A stretch of 64,000 bases of DNA from Auanema rhodensis (taxonomy: Eukaryota; Animalia; Nematoda): positions 16,864,001-16,928,000 of the forward strand of contig OZ059900.1 in the NCBI GenBank assembly GCA_964057225.1, read 5' to 3'. Shown here in pieces: positions 25,201 through 39,021 of the stretch. The notes under the pieces were generated by a model. That model saw nothing but the letters and a program-made list of their open reading frames with translations, was not told where the DNA came from and searched no databases. The position numbers and the translations under genes are program-made. The stretch's first letter is position 1; each line of letters opens with the position of its first letter.

Positions 25201-28200
25201 GCCATAAGGGGCGTGCCCTCAGAATATGCTAATTTCCTTAATTTTCTAACCCCTGTTTTTTTGTCGTGAAAGTGGAACTAGACGTTGTACGAACAATTTT
25301 GAGCTAGGTTTCATTGACATTGCATGAGTTTGAACACATGCAATCGTAAGTCAAAACTTTGTTTACAGCGAAATTTTCAAAAACTGGTTTTCCAGCATAA
25401 TAAAATATTTCTCATGGGAAATACTGTGTTTTTGTATTTTTCTAGTGTTCAGCATGTAAAATGCTTCATTTTAGTATGTAACACGCTGAAATTCGTTGCA
25501 TTTGACGACTCATATGAACAAAAATCGATTTAATCAATATTAGCCATGAGGGGCGTGCCCTCAGAATATGCTAATTTCCTTAATTTTCTAACCCCTGTTT
25601 TTTTGTCGTGAAAGTGGAACTAGACGTTGTACGAACAATTTTGAGCTAGGTTTCATTGACATTGCATGAGTTTGAACACATGAAATCGTAAGTCAAAACC
25701 TTGTTTACAGCGAAATTTCCAAAAACTGGTTTTCCAGCATAATAAAATATTTCTCATGGGAAACACTGTGTTTTTGTATTTTTCTAGTGTTCAGCATGTA
25801 AAATGCTTCATTTTAGTTTGTAACACGCTGAAATTCGTTGCATTTGACGACTCATATGAACAAAAATCGATTTAATCAATATTAGCCATAAGGGGCGTGC
25901 CCTCAGAATATGCTAATTTCCTTAATTTTCTAACCCCTGTTTTTTTGTCGTGAAAGTGGAACTAGACGTTGTACGAACAATTTTGAGCTAGGTTTCATTG
26001 ACATTGCATGAGTTTGAACACATGAAATCGTAAGTCAAAACCTTGTTTACAGCGAAATTTCCAAAAACTGGTTTTCCAGCATAATAAAATATTTCTCATT
26101 TGAAATACTGTGTTTTTGTATTTTTCTAGTGTTCAGCATGTAAAATGCTTCATTTTAGTATGTAACACGCTGAAATTCGTTGCATTTGACGACTCATATG
26201 AACAAAAATCGATTTAATCAATATTAGCCATAAGGGGCGTGCCCTCAGAATATGCTAATTTCCTTAATTTTCTAACCCCTGTTTTTTTGTCGTGAAAGTG
26301 GAACTAGACGTTGTACGAACAATTTTGAGCTAGGTTTCATTGACATTGCATGAGTTTGAACACATGAAATCGTAAGTCAAAACCTTGTTTACAGCGAAAT
26401 TTCCAAAAACTGGTTTTCCAGCATAATAAAATATTTCTCATGGGAAATACTGTGTTTTTGTATTTTTCTAGTGTTCAGCATGTAAAATGCTTCATTTTAG
26501 TATGTAACACGCTGAAATTCGTTGCATTTGACGACTCATATGAACAAAAATCGATTTAATCAATATTAGCCATAAGGGGCGTGCCCTCAGAATATGCTAA
26601 TTTCCTTAATTTTCTAACCCCTGTTTTTTTGTCGTGAAAGTGGAACTAGACGTTGTACGAACATTTTTGAGCTAGGTTTCATTGACATTGCATGAGTTTG
26701 AACACATGAAATCGTAAGTCAAAACCTTGTTTACAGCGAAATTTCCAAAAACTGGTTTTCCAGCATAATAAAATATTTCTCATGGGGAATACTGTGTTTT
26801 TGTATTTTTCTAGTGTTCAGCATGTAAAATGCTTCATTTTAGTTTGTAACACGCTGAAATTCGTTGCATTTGACGACTCATATGAACAAAAATCGATTTA
26901 ATCAATATTAGCCATAAGGGGCGTGCCCTCAGAATATGCTAATTTCCTTAATTTTCTAACCCCTGTTTTTTTGTCGTGAAAGTGGAACTAGACGTTGTAC
27001 GAACAATTTTGAGCTAGGTTTCATTGACATTGCATGAGTTTGAACACATGAAATCGTAAGTCAAAACCTTGTTTACAGCGAAATTTCCAAAAACTGGTTT
27101 TCCAGCATAATAAAATATTTCTCATTTGAAATACTGTGTTTTTGTATTTTTCTAGTGTTCAGCATGTAAAATGCTTCATTTTAGTATGTAACACGCTGAA
27201 ATTCGTTGCATTTGACGACTCATATGAACAAAAATCGATTTAATCAATATTAGCCATAAGGGGCGTGCCCTCAGAATATGCTAATTTCCTTAATTTTCTA
27301 ACCCCTGTTTTTTTGTCGTGAAAGTGGAACTAGACGTTGTACGAACAATTTTGAGCTAGGTTTCATTGACATTGCATGAGTTTGAACACATGAAATCGTA
27401 AGTCAAAACCTTGTTTACAGCGAAATTTCCAAAAACTGGTTTTCCAGCATAATAAAATATTTCTCATGGGAAATACTGTGTTTTTGTATTTTTCTAGTGT
27501 TCAGCATGTAAAATGCTTCATTTTAGTATGTAACACGCTGAAATTCGTTGCATTTGACGACTCATATGAACAAAAATCGATTTAATCAATATTAGCCATA
27601 AGGGGCGTGCCCTCAGAATATGCTAATTTCCTTAATTTTCTAACCCCTGTTTTTTTGTCGTGAAAGTGGAACTAGACGTTGTACGAACAATTTTGAGCTA
27701 GGTTTCATTGACATTGCATGAGTTTGAACACATGAAATCGTAAGTCAAAACCTTGTTTACAGCGAAATTTCCAAAAACTGGTTTTCCAGCATAATAAAAT
27801 ATTTCTCATGGGAAATACTGTGTTTTTGTATTTTTCTAGTGTTCAGCATGTAAAATGCTTCATTTTAGTATGTAACACGCTGAAATTCGTTGCATTTGAC
27901 GACTCATATGAACAAAAATCGATTTAATCAATATTAGCCATAAGGGGCGTGCCCTCAGAATATGCTAATTTCCTTAATTTTCTAACCCCTGTTTTTTTGT
28001 CGTGAAAGTGGAACTAGACGTTGTACGAACAATTTTGAGCTAGGTTTCATTGACATTGCATGAGTTTGAACACATGAAATCGTAAGTCAAAACCTTGTTT
28101 ACAGCGAAATTTCCAAAAACTGGTTTTCCAGCATAATAAAATATTTCTCATGGGGAATACTGTGTTTTTGTATTTTTCTAGTGTTCAGCATGTAAAATGC

Positions 28201-29404
28201 TTCATTTTAGTATGTAACACGCTGAAATTCGTTGCATTTGACGACTCATATGAACAAAAATCGATTTAATCAATATTAGCCATAAGGGGCGTGCCCTCAG
28301 AATATGCTAATTTCCTTAATTTTCTAACCCCTGTTTTTTTGTCGTGAAAGTGGAACTAGACGTTGTACGAACAATTTTGAGCTAGGTTTCATTGACATTG
28401 CATGAGTTTGAACACATGAAATCGTAAGTCAAAACCTTGTTTACAGCGAAATTTCCAAAAACTGGTTTTCCAGCATAATAAAATATTTCTCATGGGAAAT
28501 ACTGTGTTTTTGTATTTTTCTAGTGTTCAGCATGTAAAATGCTTCATTTTAGTATGTAACACGCTGAAATTCGTTGCATTTGACGACTCATATGAACAAA
28601 AATCGATTTAATCAATATTAGCCATGAGGGGCGTGCCCTCAGAATATGCTAATTTCCTTAATTTTCTAACCCCTGTTTTTTTGTCGTGAAAGTGGAACTA
28701 GACGTTGTACGAACAATTTTGAGCTAGGTTTCATTGACATTGCATGAGTTTGAACACATGAAATCGTAAGTCAAAACCTTGTTTACAGCGAAATTTCCAA
28801 AAACTGGTTTTCCAGCATAATAAAATATTTCTCATGGGAAACACTGTGTTTTTGTATTTTTCTAGTGTTCAGCATGTAAAATGCTTCATTTTAGTTTGTA
28901 ACACGCTGAAATTCGTTGCATTTGACGACTCATATGAACAAAAATCGATTTAATCAATATTAGCCATAACGGGCGTGCCCTCAGAATATGCTAATTTCCT
29001 TAATTTTCTAACCCCTGTTTTTTTGTCGTGAAAGTGGAACTAGACGTTGTACGAACAATTTTGAGCTAGGTTTCATTGACATTGCATGAGTTTGAACACA
29101 TGAAATCGTAAGTCAAAACCTTGTTTACAGCGAAATTTCCAAAAACTGGTTTTCCAGCATAATAAAATATTTCTCATTTGAAATACTGTGTTTTTGTATT
29201 TTTCTAGTGTTCAGCATGTAAAATGCTTCATTTTAGTATGTAACACGCTGAAATTCGTTGCATTTGACGACTCATATGAACAAAAATCGATTTAATCAAT
29301 ATTAGCCATAAGGGGCGTGCCCTCAGAATATGCTAATTTCCTTAATTTTCTAACCCCTGTTTTTTTGTCGTGAAAGTGGAACTAGACGTTGTACGAACAA
29401 TTTT

Positions 29405-32400
29405 GAGCTAGGTTTCATTGACATTGCATGAGTTTGAACACATGAAATCGTAAGTCAAAACCTTGTTTACAGCGAAATTTCCAAAAACTGGTTTTCCAGC
29501 ATAATAAAATATTTCTCATGGGAAATACTGTGTTTTTGTATTTTTCTAGTGTTCAGCATGTAAAATGCTTCATTTTAGTATGTAACACGCTGAAATTCGT
29601 TGCATTTGACGACTCATATGAACAAAAATCGATTTAATCAATATTAGCCATAAGGGGCGTGCCCTCAGAATATGCTAATTTCCTTAATTTTCTAACCCCT
29701 GTTTTTTTGTCGTGAAAGTGGAACTAGACGTTGTACGAACAATTTTGAGCTAGGTTTCATTGACATTGCATGAGTTTGAACACATGAAATCGTAAGTCAA
29801 AACCTTGTTTACAGCGAAATTTCCAAAAACTGGTTTTCCAGCATAATAAAATATTTCTCATGGGGAATACTGTGTTTTTGTATTTTTCTAGTGTTCAGCA
29901 TGTAAAATGCTTCATTTTAGTTTGTAACACGCTGAAATTCGTTGCATTTGACGACTCATATGAACAAAAATCGATTTAATCAATATTAGCCATAAGGGGC
30001 GTGCCCTCAGAATATGCTAATTTCCTTAATTTTCTAACACCTGTTTTTTTGTCGTGAAAGTGGAACTAGACGTTGTACGAACAATTTTGAGCTAGGTTTC
30101 ATTGACATTGCATGAGTTTGAACACATGAAATCGTAAGTCAAAACCTTGTTTACAGCGAACTTTCCAAAAACTGGTTTTCCAGCATAATAAAATATTTCT
30201 CATTTGAAATACTGTGTTTTTGTATTTTTCTAGTGTTCAGCATGTAAAATGCTTCATTTTAGTATGTAACACGCTGAAATTCGTTGCATTTGACGACTCA
30301 TATGAACAAAAATCGATTTAATCAATATTAGCCATAAGGGGCGTGCCCTCAGAATATGCTAATTTCCTTAATTTTCTAACCCCTGTTTTTTTGTCGTGAA
30401 AGTGGAACTAGACGTTGTACGAACAATTTTGAGCTAGGTTTCATTGACATTGCATGAGTTTGAACACATGAAATCGTAAGTCAAAACCTTGTTTACAGCG
30501 AAATTTCCAAAAACTGGTTTTCCAGCATAATAAAATATTTCTCATGGGAAATACTGTGTTTTTGTATTTTTCTAGTGTTCAGCATGTAAAATGCTTCATT
30601 TTAGTATGTAACACGCTGAAATTCGTTGCATTTGACGACTCATATGAACAAAAATCGATTTAATCAATATTAGCCATAAGGGGCGTGCCCTCAGAATATG
30701 CTAATTTCCTTAATTTTCTAACCCCTGTTTTTTTGTCGTGAAAGTGGAACTAGACGTTGTACGAACAATTTTGAGCTAGGTTTCATTGACATTGCATGAG
30801 TTTGAACACATGAAATCGTAAGTCAAAACCTTGTTTACAGCGAAATTTCCAAAAACTGGTTTTCCAGCATAATAAAATATTTCTCATGGGGAATACTGTG
30901 TTTTTGTATTTTTCTAGTGTTCAGCATGTAAAATGCTTCATTTTAGTATGTAACACGCTGAAATTCGTTGCATTTGACGACTCATATGAACAAAAATCGA
31001 TTTAATCAATATTAGTCATAAGGGGCGTGCCCTCAGAATATGCTAATTTCCTTAATTTTCTAACCCCTGTTTTTTTGTCGTGAAAGTGGAACTAGACGTT
31101 GTACGAACAATTTTGAGCTAGGTTTCATTGACATTGCATGAGTTTGAACACATGAAATCGTAAGTCAAAACCTTGTTTACAGCGAAATTTCCAAAAACTG
31201 GTTTTCCAGCATAATAAAATATTTCTCATGGGAAACACTGTGTTTTTGTATTTTTCTAGTGTTCAGCATGTAAAATGCTTCATTTTAGTTTGTAACACGC
31301 TGAAATTCGTTGCATTTGACGACTCATATGAACAAAAATCGATTTAATCAATATTAGCCATAAGGGGCGTGCCCTCAGAATATGCTAATTTCCTTAATTT
31401 TCTAACCCCTGTTTTTTTGTCGTGAAAGTGGAACTAGACGTTGTACAAACAATTTTGAGCTAGGTTTCATTGACATTGCATGAGTTTGAACACATGAAAT
31501 CGTAAGTCAAAACCTTGTTTACAGCGAAATTTCCAAAAACTGGTTTTCCAGCATGATAAAATATTTCTCATGGGAAATACTGTGTTTTTGTATTTTTCTA
31601 GTGTTCAGCATGTAAAATGCTTCATTTTAGTATGTAACACGCTGAAATTCGTTGCATTTGACGACTCATATGAACAAAAATCGATTTAATCAATATTAGC
31701 CATAAGGGGCGTGCCCTCAGAATATGCTAATTTCCTTAATTTTCTAACCCCTGTTTTTTTGTCGTGAAAGTGGAACTAGACGTTGTACGAACAATTTTGA
31801 GCTAGGTTTCATTGACATTGCACGAGTTTGAACACATGATATCGTAAGTCAAAACCTTGTTTACAGCGAAATTTCCAAAAACTGGTTTTCCAGCATGATA
31901 AAATATTTCTCATGGGAAATACTGTGTTTTTGTATTTTTCTAGTGTTCAGCATGTAAAATGCTTCATTTTAGTATGTAACACGCTGAAATTCGTTGCATT
32001 TGACGACTCATATGAACAAAAATCGATTTAATCAATATTAGCCATAAGGGGCGTGCCCTCAGAATATGCTAATTTCCTTAATTTTCTAACCCCTGTTTTT
32101 TTGTCGTGAAAGTGGAACTAGACGTTGTACGAACAATTTTGAGCTAGGTTTCATTGACATTGCATGAGTTTGAACACATGAAATCGTAAGTCAAAACCTT
32201 GTTTACAGCGAAATTTCCAAAAACTGGTTTTCCAGCATAATAAAATATTTCTCATGGGAAATACTGTGTTTTTGTATTTTTCTAGTGTTCAGCATGTAAA
32301 ATGCTTCATTTTAGTATGTAACACGCTGAAATTCGTTGCATTTGACGACTCATATGAACAAAAATCGATTTAATCAATATTAGCCATAAGGGGCGTGCCC

Positions 32401-34876
32401 TCAGAATATGCTAATTTCCTTAATTTTCTAACCCCTGTTTTTTTGTCGTGAAAGTGGAACTAGACGTTGTACGAACAATTTTGAGCTAGGTTTCATTGAC
32501 ATTGCATGAGTTTGAACACATGAAATCGTAAGTCAAAACCTTGTTTACAGCGAAATTTCCAAAAACTGGTTTTCCAGCATAATAAAATATTTCTCATGGG
32601 GAATACTGTGTTTTTGTATTTTTCTAGTGTTCAGCATGTAAAATGCTTCATTTTAGTTTGTAACACGCTGAAATTCGTTGCATTTGACGACTCATATGAA
32701 CAAAAATCGATTTAATCAATATTAGCCATAAGGGGCGTGCCCTCAGAATATGCTAATTTCCTTAATTTTCTAACACCTGTTTTTTTGTCGTGAAAGTGGA
32801 ACTAGACGTTGTACGAACAATTTTGAGCTAGGTTTCATTGACATTGCATGAGTTTGAACACATGAAATCGTAAGTCAAAACCTTGTTTACAGCGAACTTT
32901 CCAAAAACTGGTTTTCCAGCATAATAAAATATTTCTCATTTGAAATACTGTGTTTTTGTATTTTTCTAGTGTTCAGCATGTAAAATGCTTCATTTTAGTA
33001 TGTAACACGCTGAAATTCGTTGCATTTGACGACTCATATGAACAAAAATCGATTTAATCAATATTAGCCATAAGGGGCGTGCCCTCAGAATATGCTAATT
33101 TCCTTAATTTTCTAACCCCTGTTTTTTTGTCGTGAAAGTGGAACTAGACGTTGTACGAACAATTTTGAGCTAGGTTTCATTGACATTGCATGAGTTTGAA
33201 CACATGAAATCGTAAGTCAAAACCTTGTTTACAGCGAAATTTCCAAAAACTGGTTTTCCAGCATAATAAAATATTTCTCATGGGAAATACTGTGTTTTTG
33301 TATTTTTCTAGTGTTCAGCATGTAAAATGCTTCATTTTAGTATGTAACACGCTGAAATTCGTTGCATTTGACGACTCATATGAACAAAAATCGATTTAAT
33401 CAATATTAGCCATAAGGGGCGTGCCCTCAGAATATGCTAATTTCCTTAATTTTCTAACCCCTGTTTTTTTGTCGTGAAAGTGGAACTAGACGTTGTACGA
33501 ACAATTTTGAGCTAGGTTTCATTGACATTGCATGAGTTTGAACACATGAAATCGTAAGTCAAAACCTTGTTTACAGCGAAATTTCCAAAAACTGGTTTTC
33601 CAGCATAATAAAATATTTCTCATGGGGAATACTGTGTTTTTGTATTTTTCTAGTGTTCAGCATGTAAAATGCTTCATTTTAGTATGTAACACGCTGAAAT
33701 TCGTTGCATTTGACGACTCATATGAACAAAAATCGATTTAATCAATATTAGTCATAAGGGGCGTGCCCTCAGAATATGCTAATTTCCTTAATTTTCTAAC
33801 CCCTGTTTTTTTGTCGTGAAAGTGGAACTAGACGTTGTACGAACAATTTTGAGCTAGGTTTCATTGACATTGCATGAGTTTGAACACATGAAATCGTAAG
33901 TCAAAACCTTGTTTACAGCGAAATTTCCAAAAACTGGTTTTCCAGCATAATAAAATATTTCTCATGGGAAACACTGTGTTTTTGTATTTTTCTAGTGTTC
34001 AGCATGTAAAATGCTTCATTTTAGTTTGTAACACGCTGAAATTCGTTGCATTTGACGACTCATATGAACAAAAATCGATTTAATCAATATTAGCCATAAG
34101 GGGCGTGCCCTCAGAATATGCTAATTTCCTTAATTTTCTAACCCCTGTTTTTTTGTCGTGAAAGTGGAACTAGACGTTGTACAAACAATTTTGAGCTAGG
34201 TTTCATTGACATTGCATGAGTTTGAACACATGAAATCGTAAGTCAAAACCTTGTTTACAGCGAAATTTCCAAAAACTGGTTTTCCAGCATGATAAAATAT
34301 TTCTCATGGGAAATACTGTGTTTTTGTATTTTTCTAGTGTTCAGCATGTAAAATGCTTCATTTTAGTATGTAACACGCTGAAATTCGTTGCATTTGACGA
34401 CTCATATGAACAAAAATCGATTTAATCAATATTAGCCATAAGGGGCGTGCCCTCAGAATATGCTAATTTCCTTAATTTTCTAACCCCTGTTTTTTTGTCG
34501 TGAAAGTGGAACTAGACGTTGTACGAACAATTTTGAGCTAGGTTTCATTGACATTGCACGAGTTTGAACACATGATATCGTAAGTCAAAACCTTGTTTAC
34601 AGCGAAATTTCCAAAAACTGGTTTTCCAGCATGATAAAATATTTCTCATGGGAAATACTGTGTTTTTGTATTTTTCTAGTGTTCAGCATGTAAAATGCTT
34701 CATTTTAGTATGTAACACGCTGAAATTCGTTGCATTTGACGACTCATATGAACAAAAATCGATTTAATCAATATTAGCCATAAGGGGCGTGCCCTCAGAA
34801 TATGCTAATTTCCTTAATTTTCTAACCCCTGTTTTTTTGTCGTGAAAGTGGAACTAGACGTTGTACGAACAATTTT
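29405..34876. repeat. Satellite A higher-order tandem duplication, 8 monomers (2736 bp) x2
   Basis: Diagnostic variants recur at a 2736-bp offset: AACACCTG (monomers at 29747/32483), CGAACTTTCC+CATTTGAAA (30089/32825), ATTAGTCATA (30773/33509) and GCACGAG+ATGATATCG (31799/34535). Confidence 0.9.
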
Positions 34877-36586
34877 GAGCTAGGTTTCATTGACATTGCA
34901 CGAGTTTGAACACATGATATCGTAAGTCAAAACCTTGTTTACAGCGAAATTTCCAAAAACTGGTTTTCCAGCATGATAAAATATTTCTCATGGGAAATAC
35001 TGTGTTTTTGTATTTTTCTAGTGTTCAGCATGTAAAATGCTTCATTTTAGTATGTAACACGCTGAAATTCGTTGCATTTGACGACTCATATGAACAAAAA
35101 TCGATTTAATCAATATTAGCCATAAGGGGCGTGCCCTCAGAATATGCTAATTTCCTTAATTTTCTAACCCCTGTTTTTTTGTCGAGAAAGTGGAACTAGA
35201 CGTTGTACGAACAATTTTGAGCTAGGTTTCATTGACATTGCATGAGTTTGAACACATGAAATCGTAAGTCAAAACCTTGTTTACAGCGAAATTTCCAAAA
35301 ACTGGTTTTCCAGCATAATAAAATATTTCTCATGGGAAATACTGTGTTTTTGTATTTTTCTAGTGTTCAGCATGTAAAATGCTTCATATTAGTATGTAAC
35401 ACGCTGCAATTCGTTGCATTTGACGACTCATATGAACAAAAATCGATTTAATCAATATTAGCCATAAGGGGCGTGCCCTCAGAATATGCTAATTTCCTTA
35501 ATTTTCTAACCCCTGTTTTTTTGTCGTGAAAGTGGAACTAGACGTTGTACGAACAATTTTGAGCTAGGTTTCATTGACATTGCACGAGTTTGAACACATG
35601 ATATCGTAAGTCAAAACCTTGTTTACAGCGAAATTTCCAAAAACTGGTTTTCCAGCATGATAAAATATTTCTCATGGGAAATACTGTGTTTTTGTATTTT
35701 TCTAGTGTTCAGCATGTAAAATGCTTCATTTTAGTATGTAACACGCTGAAATTCGTTGCATTTGACGACTCATATGAACAAAAATCGATTTAATCAATAT
35801 TAGCCATAAGGGGCGTGCCCTCAGAATATGCTAATTTCCTTAATTTTCTAACCCCTGTTTTTTTGTCGTGAAAGTGGAACTAGACGTTGTACGAACAATT
35901 TTGAGCTAGGTTTCATTGACATTGCACGAGTTTGAACACATGATATCGTAAGTCAAAACCTTGTTTACAGCGAAATTTCCAAAAACTGGTTTTCCAGCAT
36001 GATAAAATATTTCTCATGGGAAATACTGTGTTTTTGTATTTTTCTAGTGTTCAGCATGTAAAATGCTTCATTTTAGTATGTAACACGCTGAAATTCGTTG
36101 CATTTGACGACTCATATGAACAAAAATCGATTTAATCAATATTAGCCATAAGGGGCGTGCCCTCAGAATATGCTAATTTCCTTAATTTTCTAACCCCTGT
36201 TTTTTTGTCGAGAAAGTGGAACTAGACGTTGTACGAACAATTTTGAGCTAGGTTTCATTGACATTGCATGAGTTTGAACACATGAAATCGTAAGTCAAAA
36301 CCTTGTTTACAGCGAAATTTCCAAAAACTGGTTTTCCAGCATAATAAAATATTTCTCATGGGAAATACTGTGTTTTTGTATTTTTCTAGTGTTCAGCATG
36401 TAAAATGCTTCATATTAGTATGTAACACGCTGCAATTCGTTGCATTTGACGACTCATATGAACAAAAATCGATTTAATCAATATTAGCCATAAGGGGCGT
36501 GCCCTCAGAATATGCTAATTTCCTTAATTTTCTAACCCCTGTTTTTTTGTCGTGAAAGTGGAACTAGACGTTGTACGAACAATTTT
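34535..36586. repeat. Satellite A higher-order tandem duplication, 3 monomers (1026 bp) x2
   Basis: The order [GCACGAG/GATATCG], [same + GTCGAGAAAG], [CATATTAG + GCTGCAATT] occurs at 34535/34877/35219 and again at 35561/35903/36245. Confidence 0.9.
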
Positions 36587-39009
36587 GAGCTAGGTTTCAT
36601 TGACATTGCATGAGTTTGAACACATGAAATCGTAAGTCAAAACCTTGTTTACAGCGAAATTTCCAAAAACTGGTTTTCCAGCATAATAAAATATTTCTCA
36701 TGGGAAATACTGTGTTTTTGTATTTTTCTAGTGTTCAGCATGTAAAATGCTTCATTTTAGTTTGTAACACGCTGAAATTCGTTGCATTTGACGACTCATA
36801 TGAACAAAAATCGATTTAATCAATATTAGCCATAAGGGGCGTGCCCTCAGAATATGCTAATTTCCTTAATTTTCTAACCCCTGTTTTTTTGTCGTGAAAG
36901 TGGAACTAGACGTTGTACGAACAATTTTGAGCTAGGTTTCATTGACATTGCATGAGTTTGAACACATGAAATCGTAAGTCAAAACCTTGTTTACAGCGAA
37001 ATTTCCAAAAACTGGTTTTCCAGCATGATAAAATATTTCTCATGGGAAATACTGTGTTTTTGTATTTTTCTAGTGTTCAGCATGTAAAATGCTTCATTTT
37101 AGTATGTAACACGCTGAAATTCGTTGCATTTGACGACTCATATGAACAAAAATCGATTTAATCAATATTAGCCATAAGGGGCGTGCCCTCAGAATATGCT
37201 AATTTCCTTAATTTTCTAACCCCTGTTTTTTTGTATTGAAAGTGGAACTAGACGTTGTACGAACAATTTTGAGCTAGGTTTCATTGACATTGCATGAGTT
37301 TGAACACATGAAATCGTAAGTCAAAACCTTGTTTACAGCGAAATTTCCAAAAACTGGTTTTCCAGCATAATAAAATATTTCTCATGGGAAATACTGTGTT
37401 TTTGTATTTTTCTAGTGTTCAGCATGTAAAATGCTTCATTTTAGTATGTAACACGCTGAAATTCGTTGCATTTGACGACTCATATGAACAAAAATCGATT
37501 TAATCAATATTAGCCATAAGGGGCGTGCCCTCAGAATATGCTAATTTCCTTAATTTTCTAACCCCTGTTTTTTTGTCGTGAAAGTGGAACTAGACGTTGT
37601 ACAAACAATTTTGAGCTAGGTTTCATTGACATTGCATGAGTTTGAACACATGAAATCGTAAGTCAAAACCTTGTTTACAGCGAAATTTCCAAAAACTGGT
37701 TTTCCAGCATAATAAAATATTTCTCATGGGAAATACTGTGTTTTTGTATTTTTCTAGTGTTCAGCATGTAAAATGCTTCATTTTAGTTTGCAACACGCTG
37801 AAATTCGTTGCATTTGACGACTCATATGAACAAAAATCGATTTAATCAATATTAGCCATAAGGGGCGTGCCCTCAGAATATGCTAATTTCCTTAATTTTC
37901 TAACCCTTGTTTTTTTGTCGTGAAAGTGGAACTAGACGTTGTACAAACAATTTTGAGCTAGGTTTCATTGACATTGCATGAGTTTGAACACATGAAATCG
38001 TAAGTCAAAACCTTGTTTACAGCGAAATTTCCAAAAACTGGTTTTCCAGCATGATAAAATATTTCTCATGGGAAATACTGTGTTTTTGTATTTTTCTAGT
38101 GTTCAGCATGTAAAATGCTTCATTTTAGTATATAACACGCTGAAATTCGTTGCATTTGACGACTCATATGAACAAAAATCGATTTAATCAATATTAGCCA
38201 TAAGGGGCGTGCCCTCAGAATATGCTAATTTCCTTAATTTTCTAACCCCTGTTTTTTTGTCGTGAAAGTGGAACTAGACGTTGTACGAACAATTTTGAGC
38301 TAGGTTTCATTGACATTGCATGAATTTGAACACATGAAATCGTAAGTCAAAACCTTGTTTACAGCGAAATTTCCAAAAACTGGTTTTCCAGCATAATAAA
38401 ATAATTCTCATGGGAAATACTGTGTTTTTGTATTTTTCTAGTGTTCAGCATGTAAAATGCTTCATTTTAGTATGTAACACGCTGAAATTCGTTGCATTTG
38501 ACGACTCATATGAACAAAAATCGATTTAATCAATATTAGCCATAAGGGGCGTGCCCTCAGAATATGCTAATTTCCTTAATTTTCTAACCCTTGTTTTTTT
38601 GTCGTGAAAGTGGAACTAGACGTTGTACGAACAATTTTGAGCTAGGTTTCATTGACATTGCATGAGTTTGAACACATGAAATCGTAAGTCAAAACCTTGT
38701 TTACAGCGAAATTTCGAAAAACTGGTTTTCCAGCATAATAAAATATTTCTCATGGGAAATACTGTGTTTTTGTATTTTTCTAGTGTTCAGCATGTAAAAT
38801 GCTTCATTTTAGTTTGTAACACGCTGAAATTCGTTGCATTTGACGACTCATATGAACAAAAATCGATTTAATCAATATTAGCCATAAGGGGCGTGCCCTC
38901 AGAATATGCTAATTTCCTTAATTTTCTAACCCTTGTTTTTTTGTCGTGAAAGTGGAACTAGACGTTGTACGAACAATTTTGAGCTAGGTTTCATTGACAT
39001 TGCATGAGT

Positions 39010-39021
39010 ATGAAAAATGAG
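39010..39021. other. Satellite A / satellite B junction with a 12-nt filler ATGAAAAATGAG
   Basis: The exact match to A ends at ...TTGCATGAGT (39009). The exact match to B starts at AAAAACAGAAACGAAAC (39022). The 12 nt between them match neither consensus exactly. Confidence 0.9.

Larger units (their letters stand above)
1..39009. repeat. Satellite A: tandem array of a 342-bp AT-rich monomer (114 full copies plus a 29-bp partial copy; runs off the left edge of the window)
   Basis: GAGCTAGGTTTCATTGAC recurs at 1, 343, 685 ... 1711, 3421 (GACC variant), 6841, 16751 and 38981. After monomer 48, starts follow 1+(n-1)*342-8. Only six monomers differ in length: -1 bp in those starting at 6841, 7182, 8549, 9916 and 11625, and -3 bp in the one at 16070. 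Monomers differ by only a few substitutions and all have the same orientation. Confidence 0.99.

Noticed and set aside
25324-25533. 69-aa ORF in satellite A
   Set aside because: It exists only because a private A-to-C change at 25341 turns the consensus TGA into TGC in one of 114 monomers. It has no recognisable domain and is a chance ORF.
1-39009. Assignment to primate alpha satellite (171/342 bp) or a named insect satellite of similar length
   Set aside because: Only the length matches. I do not recognise alpha-satellite sequence or a canonical CENP-B box, and a family name would need a database search.
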